Position numbers and translations under genes: made by a program. Positions 1 to 9,286 of a stretch of DNA of 64,000 nucleotides are shown here, in pieces. Positions within the stretch are counted from its first letter, which is position 1, and each line of letters starts with the position of its first letter. This DNA is from Dehalococcoidia bacterium (GTDB lineage: Bacteria > Chloroflexota > Dehalococcoidia > Plut-88900), in the NCBI GenBank assembly GCA_965207225.1, contig CBDBLV010000005.1:896001-960000 (forward strand). Direction: 5' to 3'. The notes beneath the pieces are model-generated. The model was not told the origin of the DNA. It made no database searches and worked only from the letters and a program-made list of their open reading frames with translations.

Positions 1-699
1 ACCAAACTGCCGCTCAAGCTGTTGCTGGTGGTTCTGGGGACGATGTCCTGGCAGGGAGGCGCAATCTCCTGGGTCGCCGTCCATCGGAAGCACCACGCCT
101 TCTCGGACGAAGAAGGCGATATCCACAGCCCCCAGCTTAGCAGCAATCTACTGAAGGGGTTCGTCCATGCGCAAGTCGGCTGGCTGTTCGGAACGCGGCG
201 GCCGGATAACAGCAAGTGGGCTAAGGACCTGCTCAACGATCCCTGGATCGTGTTCATCCACCGTACCAGCCTCATCTGGTGCGCTTCGAGCTTAGTGATA
301 CCTTTCCTGATCGGCGGCTGGAGCGGCCTATTATGGGCAGGCTTGGTAAGGGTGTTCTTAACACACCACGTTACCTGGTCGGTGAATTCGGTGTGCCACG
401 TGTTCGGAAGCCGACCTTTTGAAACCAGGGACAGGAGCACAAATCACTGGCTGATAGGTTTGCTGGGCTTTGGGGAGGGGGGGCATAACACTCACCATGC
501 GTCCCCGAGGTCGGCACAGCACGGACTCCGGTGGTGGCACTTCGACGCCAGCTGGCTGTTAATCAACCTGATGCGAAAGCTGCGGCTCGCCTATGACGTC
601 TACATCCTTCATCCCGAGGACTTGCAGAAGGCACTCAGGACTCGGGCGGGAAAGGTCAGAGTGGTGTGCTCCGCACCCCAGGCAAACGACCCCGTATAA
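1..699 (+). CDS. Acyl-CoA (delta-9-type) fatty acid desaturase, 5'-truncated by the window edge
   Basis: His boxes HRKHH and HNTHH plus THHVTWSVNSVCH; the frame is open back to base 1. Confidence 0.9.
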   Translation, partial: TKLPLKLLLVVLGTMSWQGGAISWVAVHRKHHAFSDEEGDIHSPQLSSNLLKGFVHAQVGWLFGTRRPDNSKWAKDLLNDPWIVFIHRTSLIWCASSLVIPFLIGGWSGLLWAGLVRVFLTHHVTWSVNSVCHVFGSRPFETRDRSTNHWLIGLLGFGEGGHNTHHASPRSAQHGLRWWHFDASWLLINLMRKLRLAYDVYILHPEDLQKALRTRAGKVRVVCSAPQANDPV

Positions 700-816
700 C
701 CGACCCCATCCGCCGTCCCTGAGCGGCGTGCGCTTTTATACCAGCCCAGCTCCCACCACCTCAGCGTGATATCATCCCCTTAGAGCCACCTACGCTCAGT
801 TCAATGCCCATCCCTT

Positions 817-1011
817 ATGAACAAGAAGCTAGTCATACTGCCGATAATCCACCTGACCATAGTGCTGCTTATCCTGTTCGGTGGCTCTTACGCCGTGGCC
901 GAGAACGCGCTGAGCGGGCAGTCGGTCACGGGGATTGATTATTCAGATGCGGTGGGTGATGGAACGAACTGGTATGAGGACGCCGCCATCTGGGTATGCC
1001 CCCTCCACTAG
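817..1011 (+). CDS. Small protein with signal-peptide-like N-terminus and C-terminal CPLH
   Basis: 64 aa; MNKK followed by a hydrophobic stretch and an AxA-like site; ends WVCPLH; overlaps the convergent gene by 69 bp. Confidence 0.5.
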   Translation: MNKKLVILPIIHLTIVLLILFGGSYAVAENALSGQSVTGIDYSDAVGDGTNWYEDAAIWVCPLH

Positions 1012-1917
1012 GGCCTGGCTCGGGGTCAGGGTTTCTCTCACAGCCATGTCCAGCTCATCGTAAGTGACGATACCCTCGAACTTTGCAATGAGCCGCCCCG
1101 ACGCGTCTACCAGGAACACCCACGGCTCGCTGGGCAAACCCCAGGCCTGCGCTTCTTGCGAGGGTGCCAGCTTTCCTTCTCCACGGATAAGGTCTAAGTC
1201 ATACGGCTCGATGTGGATAAACTCCAATTCATCCCCGTAGACTGGGAGCAGCTTTGCAACAGTTTCCACTACGGGCCCGCAGATTCTGCTCTGGCAGAAT
1301 GCGGGAGTGGCAAAGACTACAAGGAACGGCTTGCCTTGCTCCAGCGCTTCAGCCACCGAGGTCCGGTACATTGCCGGGATAGGGTCGGGGCTGGTGGAAA
1401 TATCCCATAGCTCTTCGACGTCCACAGAGGTCGGGTGATCAATAGGGGAGACCATCGCCCCTATGCCGGGCGTAGAGCTCTCTTCCAACACTTCCACCAC
1501 GACGTTGACCTGTACTACCGAATCCATGACCGGGCTCTGAACGGATACGTTCAACTGCCAATCACCCGGTTCGTTAAAAGGGGGGTCGTCTATCGCGTAA
1601 ATGCCGCGGACTTCAGCGTCGGGGTTGTACCACTCGGGGTTGGCATTGGGTGGGGCGGTAAGGTCGATGGTGCGGTACTCGGCATGGAAAGACGCGGAGG
1701 GTGATTCGTTCCCAGGGGCTTGGAAGGCAACGTTAACCGTGGCGTCTTCCACGGGCCTGTTGGCCCGGTCCAGGATGGCGAAAGTAATGCGCGTCTGCTC
1801 GATGGCAATCTCCTGGGAGACCAGGATGAACTTGAACTCGGGGGCCGAGGGCTGGCGGCAAGCTATGACGAGAACGGCCAGTCCCGCTAGGATTATGAGG
1901 TGTTGGATCCGGGGCAT
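943..1917 (-). CDS. Thioredoxin-fold lipoprotein (CxxxxC)
   Basis: Probable start ATG 1917 (MPRIQH...LVIAC lipobox); FATPAFCQSRICGP and cis-Pro-like SEPWVFLVD. Confidence 0.75.
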   Translation of the reverse strand: MPRIQHLIILAGLAVLVIACRQPSAPEFKFILVSQEIAIEQTRITFAILDRANRPVEDATVNVAFQAPGNESPSASFHAEYRTIDLTAPPNANPEWYNPDAEVRGIYAIDDPPFNEPGDWQLNVSVQSPVMDSVVQVNVVVEVLEESSTPGIGAMVSPIDHPTSVDVEELWDISTSPDPIPAMYRTSVAEALEQGKPFLVVFATPAFCQSRICGPVVETVAKLLPVYGDELEFIHIEPYDLDLIRGEGKLAPSQEAQAWGLPSEPWVFLVDASGRLIAKFEGIVTYDELDMAVRETLTPSQALVEGAYPDGGVLIPVRSITHRI

Positions 1918-1940
1918 TGCGTGGGAAAGAAGCTGACCGG

Positions 1941-3068
1941 CTATTCCATCGAAAAGCCATAGATTCTGGCCGCATTCCCCCCGACTATCATCTGTTTCTC
2001 TTCCTCGGGTACGTCCCTGAAGGTGCGCTCGATGACCTCTCGGGAGTGGGGAAAGGTTCCCTCGTCGTGGGGGTAGTCGCTCCCCCATAATAGACTCTGC
2101 ACTCCGGTAACGTCCCTCATCCGGAGACCCACTAGATCATCCCCAAAGGTAGCTCCGCCCTGCCTTCGGAAGTAGTCGCTGGGCCTGTCTGGTAGCCGAG
2201 GCTCAATCCACATGTGCCGTTTCTCGTGCATCTCGTCCAGCGTCTGGAGGACCCAGGCAAGCCAGCCAATGCCGCACTCGACTAGGACGAATTTCAGGCC
2301 CGGGTGTCGTTCCAGGACACCGGAGGCCACCAGCAGGCACAGGGGTTTCATGGCAGCGGCCATCTCCACCACCTCGCCGGCAAGGTCCTCGCCGGGTCGG
2401 GAGCGCTTGACCTCGGTGGGAGTATCTTCGCCACTGGGGCCGTCGGTGAATACGTGTAGCGCGAGGGGGACTTCCATGTTGCCCATTGCCGACCAAAAAG
2501 GCTCATAGATGGGGTCATTGTAGGGCTGAATGGGCATGCTGATAGGGATGGAAGCAGACCTAAAACCCATGTTGGCTACGCGCGTGGCCTCGTCTATGGC
2601 GTTGTCAATGTCCAGGATAGGGACTACGGCTGATACGGCGAAGCGGTCTGGATGCGGTCCAAACACCTCGTGATAATAGTCGTTGTAGACCCGAGACAGC
2701 GCCAACTGGAATCCGGCATCTTTCGAAGAGAAGGTGTGGAATGTCCCGTGGGGATAGATTATCTCTGCACTAACCCCGTCGGTCTCCTGATCGGTAAGAC
2801 GGAGAGGGATGTCCGTACCTCCAGCGCGGTGCATGACACGGCCAACCTCTTCTTCGTCCCGCCAATAGCGCTTCATGTCGTCTTCGTTGAGCGGGTTTGG
2901 GGCCTCGATGCGAGCAGGCCCCTGGCCCTCGACAATGATGTACCGCTCTCCATCTCGTTCCTCAATGCGAGGTGCGCGCGAACGGTACTCGGGAGGAAGG
3001 CGGTCATAGACTTCCTGGGGCTCATTCAGATGGGAGTCCGCGGAGATTACCTTATATGCCGCCATCAC
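1941..3068 (-). CDS. Amidohydrolase family 2 protein
   Basis: ISADSH, LALH, ECGIGW, WGSDYPH motifs. Confidence 0.9.
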   Translation of the reverse strand: MMAAYKVISADSHLNEPQEVYDRLPPEYRSRAPRIEERDGERYIIVEGQGPARIEAPNPLNEDDMKRYWRDEEEVGRVMHRAGGTDIPLRLTDQETDGVSAEIIYPHGTFHTFSSKDAGFQLALSRVYNDYYHEVFGPHPDRFAVSAVVPILDIDNAIDEATRVANMGFRSASIPISMPIQPYNDPIYEPFWSAMGNMEVPLALHVFTDGPSGEDTPTEVKRSRPGEDLAGEVVEMAAAMKPLCLLVASGVLERHPGLKFVLVECGIGWLAWVLQTLDEMHEKRHMWIEPRLPDRPSDYFRRQGGATFGDDLVGLRMRDVTGVQSLLWGSDYPHDEGTFPHSREVIERTFRDVPEEEKQMIVGGNAARIYGFSME

Positions 3069-3131
3069 TTGCCTCGTTTGTGGTTCCTATCGGTCGCATC
3101 AATAAGGGAGCTTACTCCCTTAGATGGCCGG

Positions 3132-3899
3132 TTAACCCACCGCTGCGGGCGCTCTGGTGTATAGGAGGCTACCATAGCCTGTGATTGGAGCGTCCCAGCC
3201 CATCTTGTCAAGCAGACACCATATCGAGGCTTGGTTTGCAGTCACGACCATCTTACCCGTACGGTCTTCCAGCTCCTCTACGACCTCCAGGGAGCGCCAA
3301 CCCGTGCAGGAGACGAGAAGAGTATCGGCCTCTGGCAGACAATGCTCTACGCCGAACTCCAAGACCACCTCAGGATCATGGTTGCACATATTGAACCCGA
3401 AAACCGAGGCGTCGGCGGGCGTATCAACGTTCAATACCTCGAAGCCCTTGGCAGTGAAGTACTCCCGCAGCCGATCGTTGTTCCACTGGGGGTAAGGAGT
3501 TACAACGGAGACCTTCCTGGCCCCGATGTGAGAGAGCGCCGCAGCTACCGATGGCGTGGTGGCCACGGCAGGCACCCCCGACGCTGCCTCCAGCTTTTCT
3601 ATAATCTCCACATCCCACCCCGGGCCCCGGTAAAAGCTGCCGGTAGTGCAGCAATATGCCACGGCATCTACTTCGGCCTGCGTCAGGTATTTTGCCGCCG
3701 TGTCGATTTCATTGTTCATCCGGTCCATGCGGGCAGCGCCGGAGATGTCAAATCCGTCCCAGATGCGCTGGCCGTGAATGGAGTAGTCCTTCAGCCCCAA
3801 GGCCAGGGCGAAGTCGGCCTCGCTGGTCGAGTCCTGGGCGGGCATTATCAGTCCAATCCTCTTTCTCGGGCTCATACGCATGTCTCCTTCCCCACTCAC
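3132..3899 (-). CDS. Asp/Glu racemase superfamily (maleate cis-trans isomerase/EutA-like)
   Basis: Catalytic pair YCCTTGS and VSCTGW; VTPY; VTANQA. Confidence 0.88.
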   Translation of the reverse strand: MSGEGDMRMSPRKRIGLIMPAQDSTSEADFALALGLKDYSIHGQRIWDGFDISGAARMDRMNNEIDTAAKYLTQAEVDAVAYCCTTGSFYRGPGWDVEIIEKLEAASGVPAVATTPSVAAALSHIGARKVSVVTPYPQWNNDRLREYFTAKGFEVLNVDTPADASVFGFNMCNHDPEVVLEFGVEHCLPEADTLLVSCTGWRSLEVVEELEDRTGKMVVTANQASIWCLLDKMGWDAPITGYGSLLYTRAPAAVG

Positions 3900-3968
3900 T
3901 GGGACCCCGGTTTGCCGATGATACCAGAATTTGGAGGTGTGTATCCCATCAAGTTATACAAAGAACTA

Positions 3969-3995
3969 GGGCGTGAGAACTGAGTCCTCACGCCC
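3969..3995 (-). terminator. Hairpin, probable intrinsic terminator between the two racemase paralogs
   Basis: GGGCGTGAG...CTCACGCCC stem (11 bp with G-U on the minus strand) followed by TAGTTCTTT. Confidence 0.5.
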
Positions 3996-4041
3996 GACGT
4001 GCGATTCTATGTGCTTTTGGCGGGGTGTCAGTCCAATTTGC

Positions 4042-4794
4042 CTATCCGGCTACCGCTGCCGGGGCCGGGGTCTCCAGCAAACTCCCGAATCCCTTGACCG
4101 GCTCATCTATGCCCAAGTGCTGGAGGATAAGCCACAGGGTGGCCTGGTTGGACGTAACTACGGGTTTCCCAGTCTCCTTTTCCAAACGCTCGGCAGCTTC
4201 CATGGAGCGCCAGTCCGTGCAGGAGCAGAAGAGGACGTCGGCGTCTGGGTCACATTTTTCGATGCCGTACTCCACTATTTCGTCGGGTTCCTGCTCGTAG
4301 GCCATGATTTCCCCGAGGGACGGCTTTGGATGCGCGTCGACGTTCAGGACTTCGAACCCCCTGGCCTCCATGTAGGCCCGAAGCTTGATGTTGTTCCATT
4401 CGGGATATGGGGTGATGACCGAAATTTTGCGGGCGCCCTTGAATTCCAGAGCTTTCACGACCGATGGCGTAGTGGCAAAGGCCTGTACCCCCGACGCCCC
4501 CTCGATCTTCTGAAGCATCTCCTGGTCCCACCCGGGACCCTTGAAAAAGCTGCCGGTTGTGCAGGTGTAGGCTATGGCATCCAGGCGGACGGTCGATAGG
4601 TATCGAGCCGCCGACTCAATCTCCGAATTCATCTCCTGGAAGTGCGTCTCTGGATCGTGACGGTTGTCTCCTTGCCAGAGGCGGTGTCCGTGGACAGCCA
4701 CGCCTTTAGGTGCCAGCACCATCTGGAAGTCGGGCTCGGCGGTGCCGTCCGCCGACGGCATCATCATCCCGACCCTTTTCCTGCTTTCCATCAT
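4042..4794 (-). CDS. Asp/Glu racemase superfamily (maleate cis-trans isomerase/EutA-like), paralog of 3132-3899
   Basis: YTCTTGS and CSCTDW; ITPY; VTSNQA; starts 28 bp after the grdA stop. Confidence 0.88.
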   Translation of the reverse strand: MMESRKRVGMMMPSADGTAEPDFQMVLAPKGVAVHGHRLWQGDNRHDPETHFQEMNSEIESAARYLSTVRLDAIAYTCTTGSFFKGPGWDQEMLQKIEGASGVQAFATTPSVVKALEFKGARKISVITPYPEWNNIKLRAYMEARGFEVLNVDAHPKPSLGEIMAYEQEPDEIVEYGIEKCDPDADVLFCSCTDWRSMEAAERLEKETGKPVVTSNQATLWLILQHLGIDEPVKGFGSLLETPAPAAVAG

Positions 4795-4822
4795 CCACCC
4801 TCCTTCTCGATCATTGTGAGAT

Positions 4823-5281
4823 CTACGCCTTGTTCCGCACCTTGTCCAGGGCTTGAGCGATCTGGTCTTTCTCCAATGCCACGTCCATCACACCTACCTG
4901 CGCTTGATAGACACCGGCATCCACCGAGTCCTTAACCACGGGTTCCACCACGTGATACACCGGCAAGCCGAGGGGAACGCCCGCAAGGGGCCCGGCCCAG
5001 CTGGGGTCGCCGTGGGTCACGGTCTCAGCGTAGAGTTCGGCGCTGTTGGCATCGGGCGAGCCGAGCACCACGATAACGTCGTCCTTGCCGTTGGCTTCAA
5101 TTGCCTTCTTGATTTCTTCCTGACCATCCAGGTCCATGGCGCCCGCGGCAGTTCAGACGAAGCACTGGGTCTGCTCTATCAGCACCTCCGCCCCGGCGCT
5201 CCGGACCACCTCTGCGATGGCCGGGCCCTGTACCCCGTCCCGTTCTCCAATAGCGATTACTTTCTTACCCTTGAATTCCAA
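4823..5281 (-). CDS. grdA: Glycine/sarcosine/betaine reductase selenoprotein A (Sec at UGA 5155-5153)
   Basis: Read-through gives [22 protein letters not shown]...[14 protein letters not shown]...[26 protein letters not shown]; TTG start with AGGAGG RBS. Confidence 0.95.
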
Positions 5282-5363
5282 GGCGCACCTCCTGCTTTCC
5301 AAAGAAGGACCCGTCTGTTTCTTAACGTCAGCTGAACGGCTTTAGTCTACACCCAATTTCCGC

Positions 5364-6836
5364 TCAAGACTCGTGGTTGCGCTCCAGCATGAAGGAGATG
5401 CCATCTGCGAGCTGGGTCATGCGACCTAGAAAGAGGCTTCCTTTGGCGTAGAACATGGCCCGACTTATCTCGCCCGACAGGATCATGTCTCGGGCGTGGC
5501 CCAGGAACGGCACCGCCGAGGCTATATGGCCCTGGGTGGGGGAGAATCCTAGCATCCCGTGGTCCTCCACGAACTGCTCCAGGCCGGAGGCATCAATCTC
5601 GTTGGCCATGACCGCCATGCCGCCCAGCATCCTGTAGTTGGTGCGCGGGGTGTTGCCGCTGCCTTGGGGCTCGGTTATCTCCGGATTGTGGAGCTCGGTG
5701 GCGAACCGGTCTATGTCGGTTATCTTCAGGCCGTGCTGGTTAAGTGGATCAACCACTACCGCCTGGGTAATGGCCTGGTTGGAAGCCCCCGAGGAAATAT
5801 CGTGCTTCCCAATCATGTCTAGTCGCACATGGGGGTTCTGTCCGTCGTCCGGTCCCATAAGGACTGCAATGGAGGCCAGAACATCCTCCAGGACAGGCAT
5901 TTCGTTGGTGACATGCCCTCGGTATTTCATGCCGAGCTTGGCAAAAGACCCCCCGCCCACCACTGCCACATTTTCGAACACCCCGGACTTGATGAGCGCC
6001 CCGCCTACGATGATGGCGTGGTTAGGGGCACAGCAGAATGCCTTAACGTCCGACCCTGTGGCATTGAGGCACCCGCTCATCTCGCCGACGGCCTTGGCCA
6101 GGTTCCCGCCCCCGCGGTTGTACCGGTCCCCGATAGCCTCTTCCCCGCACCCGAGAAGGTAGTCTATGTTCTCGGCGGGGGTCTCCGTGACGGTGCTCAG
6201 CAGGTGCCGCAGAGCGAGGACCGCTGAAGCCTTGGCGCACAGGTTTTCGATCAGGAAGTCGGGAGTGAGGGACTTGTCCTCTTCGTGGCCTCTTCGCAAA
6301 CAGCCTACGAGTCGGGTTTTATCCATGTATAGGGGCAGGGCCTCTTCTTCTCCAATAGCTTTTTCGATTTCGGAAATCGGGGTCGGGTTGCCCAGATTGC
6401 TCAGGTCGTCATCGGAGACCAGGGGATGACCGGACATTGCGTGCCGGGCCTCTTCGAAAAATCCCTGCTCCAACCACATCAGGTCGAACTGGTCTGATGC
6501 TTTCATCCATCCGTAGAACTCTGCCTGGGGCATGATTTCGCCGTAGGGGCCGGTCCTGGAAGCGCTGTTGGTCGGGTTTTCGTACCAGGGCTTGGGCGTG
6601 GTCTTCAGGTCATCGGGACGGAGGTTCCCGACGAAGACCTGGTGAGGCGGGTAAGCCACGGCGTCATCGAAGCCGCGCTGGTGGCGGTGAATAAGGTCTA
6701 GAACTGATGGATCGACGGGAATGTCCCGGGAAGGCTTAGACCCGAGGCGTACCAGGTCCGGTACATGGGCCAAACAGTAGGCGACCCCCTTGATGACGGG
6801 GGCGCCTTTACCATTGCTTTGCGAGGACGATGTCAT
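5364..6836 (-). CDS. grdC: Glycine/sarcosine/betaine reductase component C, beta subunit
   Basis: YPPHQVFVGN, EEAIGDRYNRGGGNLAKA, KLGMK, ELHNPEIT, PTQGHI, KGSLFLGRMT motifs. Confidence 0.92.
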   Translation of the reverse strand: MTSSSQSNGKGAPVIKGVAYCLAHVPDLVRLGSKPSRDIPVDPSVLDLIHRHQRGFDDAVAYPPHQVFVGNLRPDDLKTTPKPWYENPTNSASRTGPYGEIMPQAEFYGWMKASDQFDLMWLEQGFFEEARHAMSGHPLVSDDDLSNLGNPTPISEIEKAIGEEEALPLYMDKTRLVGCLRRGHEEDKSLTPDFLIENLCAKASAVLALRHLLSTVTETPAENIDYLLGCGEEAIGDRYNRGGGNLAKAVGEMSGCLNATGSDVKAFCCAPNHAIIVGGALIKSGVFENVAVVGGGSFAKLGMKYRGHVTNEMPVLEDVLASIAVLMGPDDGQNPHVRLDMIGKHDISSGASNQAITQAVVVDPLNQHGLKITDIDRFATELHNPEITEPQGSGNTPRTNYRMLGGMAVMANEIDASGLEQFVEDHGMLGFSPTQGHIASAVPFLGHARDMILSGEISRAMFYAKGSLFLGRMTQLADGISFMLERNHES

Positions 6837-6847
6837 AGGGTGGGAGA

Positions 6848-8158
6848 CTAGGTGGAGAAGACGGTGGGCGATGCCACCTCGGTCTCGAGGGCTTCGAGGG
6901 CCTTCTTCAGCATGTCCTTTCGCAGCTCCTTTTCGCCTTCGTAGGACTGGCTCGGGTCTCCGACTGGATGTGGTATCGCCTTGCCCTTGACGATTCGGCT
7001 GGCCCCGACTCCTTCGGCAAGGTTGAACAAGGTTGTTACAAGGGCGGTCGGGAGTTCGGCCCTCTCCAGCTCCTTCTGAAGCGTAGCGCCGCTACGCGTG
7101 CCCGTGCCTCAGGTTGCTGTCAGGATCACCCCTTGAACCCCCGCCGACGAAAGCTCTGCGGCAATCTCCTGCCCGAACTGCTTGAAGCTGGCTATGGGGC
7201 CCATGTTGCCGGTCGTGCTGTAGACGTAATCGTGGAGTTTGCCGATGTCTCCTTCTTTTTCCATTTCCCGTGCGGCGTCCAGCGGCACCATGCGGTTGGG
7301 CTCCGCACTGGCAGCCGTGGTGTCGAAGCCGCCGTGGATACTCTGGAACTTGTCGGGGGTCATCTCCGGTTCTTCGGCGGTGTCGAACCTGACCCACTTG
7401 GTGGCCCACCCCGACTCCAGTTTTTCGGGGTTGCCCCGGTGTACGATGCCGCCTTCGGTGACGATGGCTATGGTGGAGTCGGAAGCGCTGGCCAGGGCCT
7501 GGGCAGGCGGGACCTGCTCGTACTTGGGAAGAGGCCATTCCGTTTTGGGGTCCTCGCCTCTGAGCTTGCGCATGAGCATGTCGACAGCCCGCTCGGCGGC
7601 CGTCTTGTCTGAAAAGCGGTTAACTCGGCGTCCCGTGGGGAGGTAGCCTTCCTCCATAGCTGGGCCCAATTCTTCCTTGTTCACCAGCTTGGATGCGAGG
7701 CTTGCTATGGTGGACATGGCTTCGGCCATTCCTGCAGCCGAGTCCTTGGTGGATGCCATCAGGACCTTGCCCTTAAAGGTCTCGGCGGCGGGGCTGTCCT
7801 TGTGGACACCGGTGAGAGCGGGGATATCAAGGCTTTCCTTGACCGCCTGGCAGACCTGCCCGCAGGCCAGGCCGTATCGACCTGAGCCGAAACCCGGGCC
7901 CGCAATTACGATGTCGGGCTTGAACTGGGAGATGAGCTCGACGACTTCCTGGGTCGTCTGCTCCGAGTTCTCGGAGATGTAGTTGTCGCCGCAGTAGACG
8001 GTGCCTATGACTTCCCCGGCACCACTGAGGGCATTGTTAAGGGCCATGCCTGGGCCGACGGCGCCTTCTTGCGCGCCGGGGCCGATGTCGGCCTTCTCCT
8101 CGCCGCCAACTCCGGCAAAGAACTGGTTCAGGTAGTGGACAACCTTGAATTTCGCCAT
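6848..8158 (-). CDS. grdB: Glycine/betaine/sarcosine reductase selenoprotein B (Sec at UGA 7111-7109)
   Basis: KVVHYLNQFFAGVGGEEKA, AGPGFGSGRYG, HGGFD; reads through VILTAT-U-GTGTRSGATLQKELER into the 6848-7030 ORF (IPHPVGDP). Confidence 0.93.
7081..7097 (-). promoter_or_regulatory. Putative bacterial SECIS hairpin of grdB
   Basis: GCGTAGC-GGC-GCTACGC, a perfect 7-bp stem starting after an 11-nt spacer from the UGA, with G in the loop. Confidence 0.7.
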
Positions 8159-8241
8159 TTTCCTCTCCCTCTTCACGCTCGCCCAACTGCTGTTGCAAGA
8201 CTCGGATTTCGGCTCGCATTATACACGACAGGCCCGTGCAG

Positions 8242-9261
8242 CTAGTCCGGGAATGCGGGCATTACGTGCTCGGCGAATAGGCGCATGGATTCCAGCACCT
8301 CCTCGTGTGTCCCGCCAAAGCTCATGTTGGCGCAGACGTACTTGATGCCCAGGTCTCGGTATTGCTCGACCTTTTCGATGGCCTCGTCGGGCGTACCGCT
8401 TATGACGTTGTCGAAGACCTCCCAGGGTTCGTAGGGGACGTTCTGGGGTTCGATCATGCCTTCTTTGACAACACTGGGCCCCGTGTAGACGGTGACGAAC
8501 TGCTGGTGGTTGTAGTGCAGGTGGTTCGCCTGCCGTTCCAGGACATCCCTGTTCTCGGATACGAAGGTGTTGCGAAGAATCAGGAGAGGGCATTCCTCCT
8601 CCGTCTTGCCATACTCATCGAGGGCATCTGAGTAGACCTCGTAGGTGTCCTCGAGAGCTTCAAACCCGCTGCGCAGAGGCGTGTTCATCAGCTTGTAGCC
8701 GTGGGAGACCGCGTACTGTACCGAGAGGTCAGACTGGCCCGACATCCAGATCGGAGGGTGAGGATCTTGGAGGGGCCGGGGGAGAACAGTGGTCTCCGGG
8801 AACTGCCAGAAGTCCCCCTCGTAAGAGAAATCATCCTTGGATGTCCAGGCCTTTATCATGATGTCCAGGCATTCATTGAACATGGCCCGGTTCTGGTCTC
8901 GGGGAATCTGCAGCCGTTCAAACTCATGCACGAATGCCCCCCGCCCGAGCCCAATCTCCAGCCGGCCCTCCGACAGCACGTCGGCAAAAGCAATGTCCTG
9001 CGCAAGCCTGAGGGGGTGATAGAGTGGTATCGGAATCACCGCCGACATAACCCGCAGCTTAACCAGCTGCGAGACCCTGACCGCGAACATCAGGAGGTTC
9101 GGGACAGCCAGGTAGTTCATAAAATAGTGTTCAGGAATAACGACGGCGTCGTAGCCAAGTTGCTCTGCGTACTGGGCCTGGTATTCGGCTTCCTTGTAGA
9201 GCTCGGCAGCAGGCTTGGCTTTATCCGTGTAGTAGCAGGGTAGGTAGTAGCTGAATTTCAT
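8242..9261 (-). CDS. Luciferase-like (LLM) flavin-dependent oxidoreductase
   Basis: IPEHYF, HPLRLAQD, GRLEIGLGRG, PRPLQDPHPPIW. Confidence 0.9.
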   Translation of the reverse strand: MKFSYYLPCYYTDKAKPAAELYKEAEYQAQYAEQLGYDAVVIPEHYFMNYLAVPNLLMFAVRVSQLVKLRVMSAVIPIPLYHPLRLAQDIAFADVLSEGRLEIGLGRGAFVHEFERLQIPRDQNRAMFNECLDIMIKAWTSKDDFSYEGDFWQFPETTVLPRPLQDPHPPIWMSGQSDLSVQYAVSHGYKLMNTPLRSGFEALEDTYEVYSDALDEYGKTEEECPLLILRNTFVSENRDVLERQANHLHYNHQQFVTVYTGPSVVKEGMIEPQNVPYEPWEVFDNVISGTPDEAIEKVEQYRDLGIKYVCANMSFGGTHEEVLESMRLFAEHVMPAFPD

Positions 9262-9286
9262 GGGTGAGTTTGCTTTTCCAGGTTCT

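Noticed and set aside
6848-7030. 60-aa ORF (and 4823-5137) as independent genes or as evidence of pseudogenes
   Set aside because: They are the in-frame C-terminal parts of grdB and grdA after Sec UGA codons at the conserved positions.
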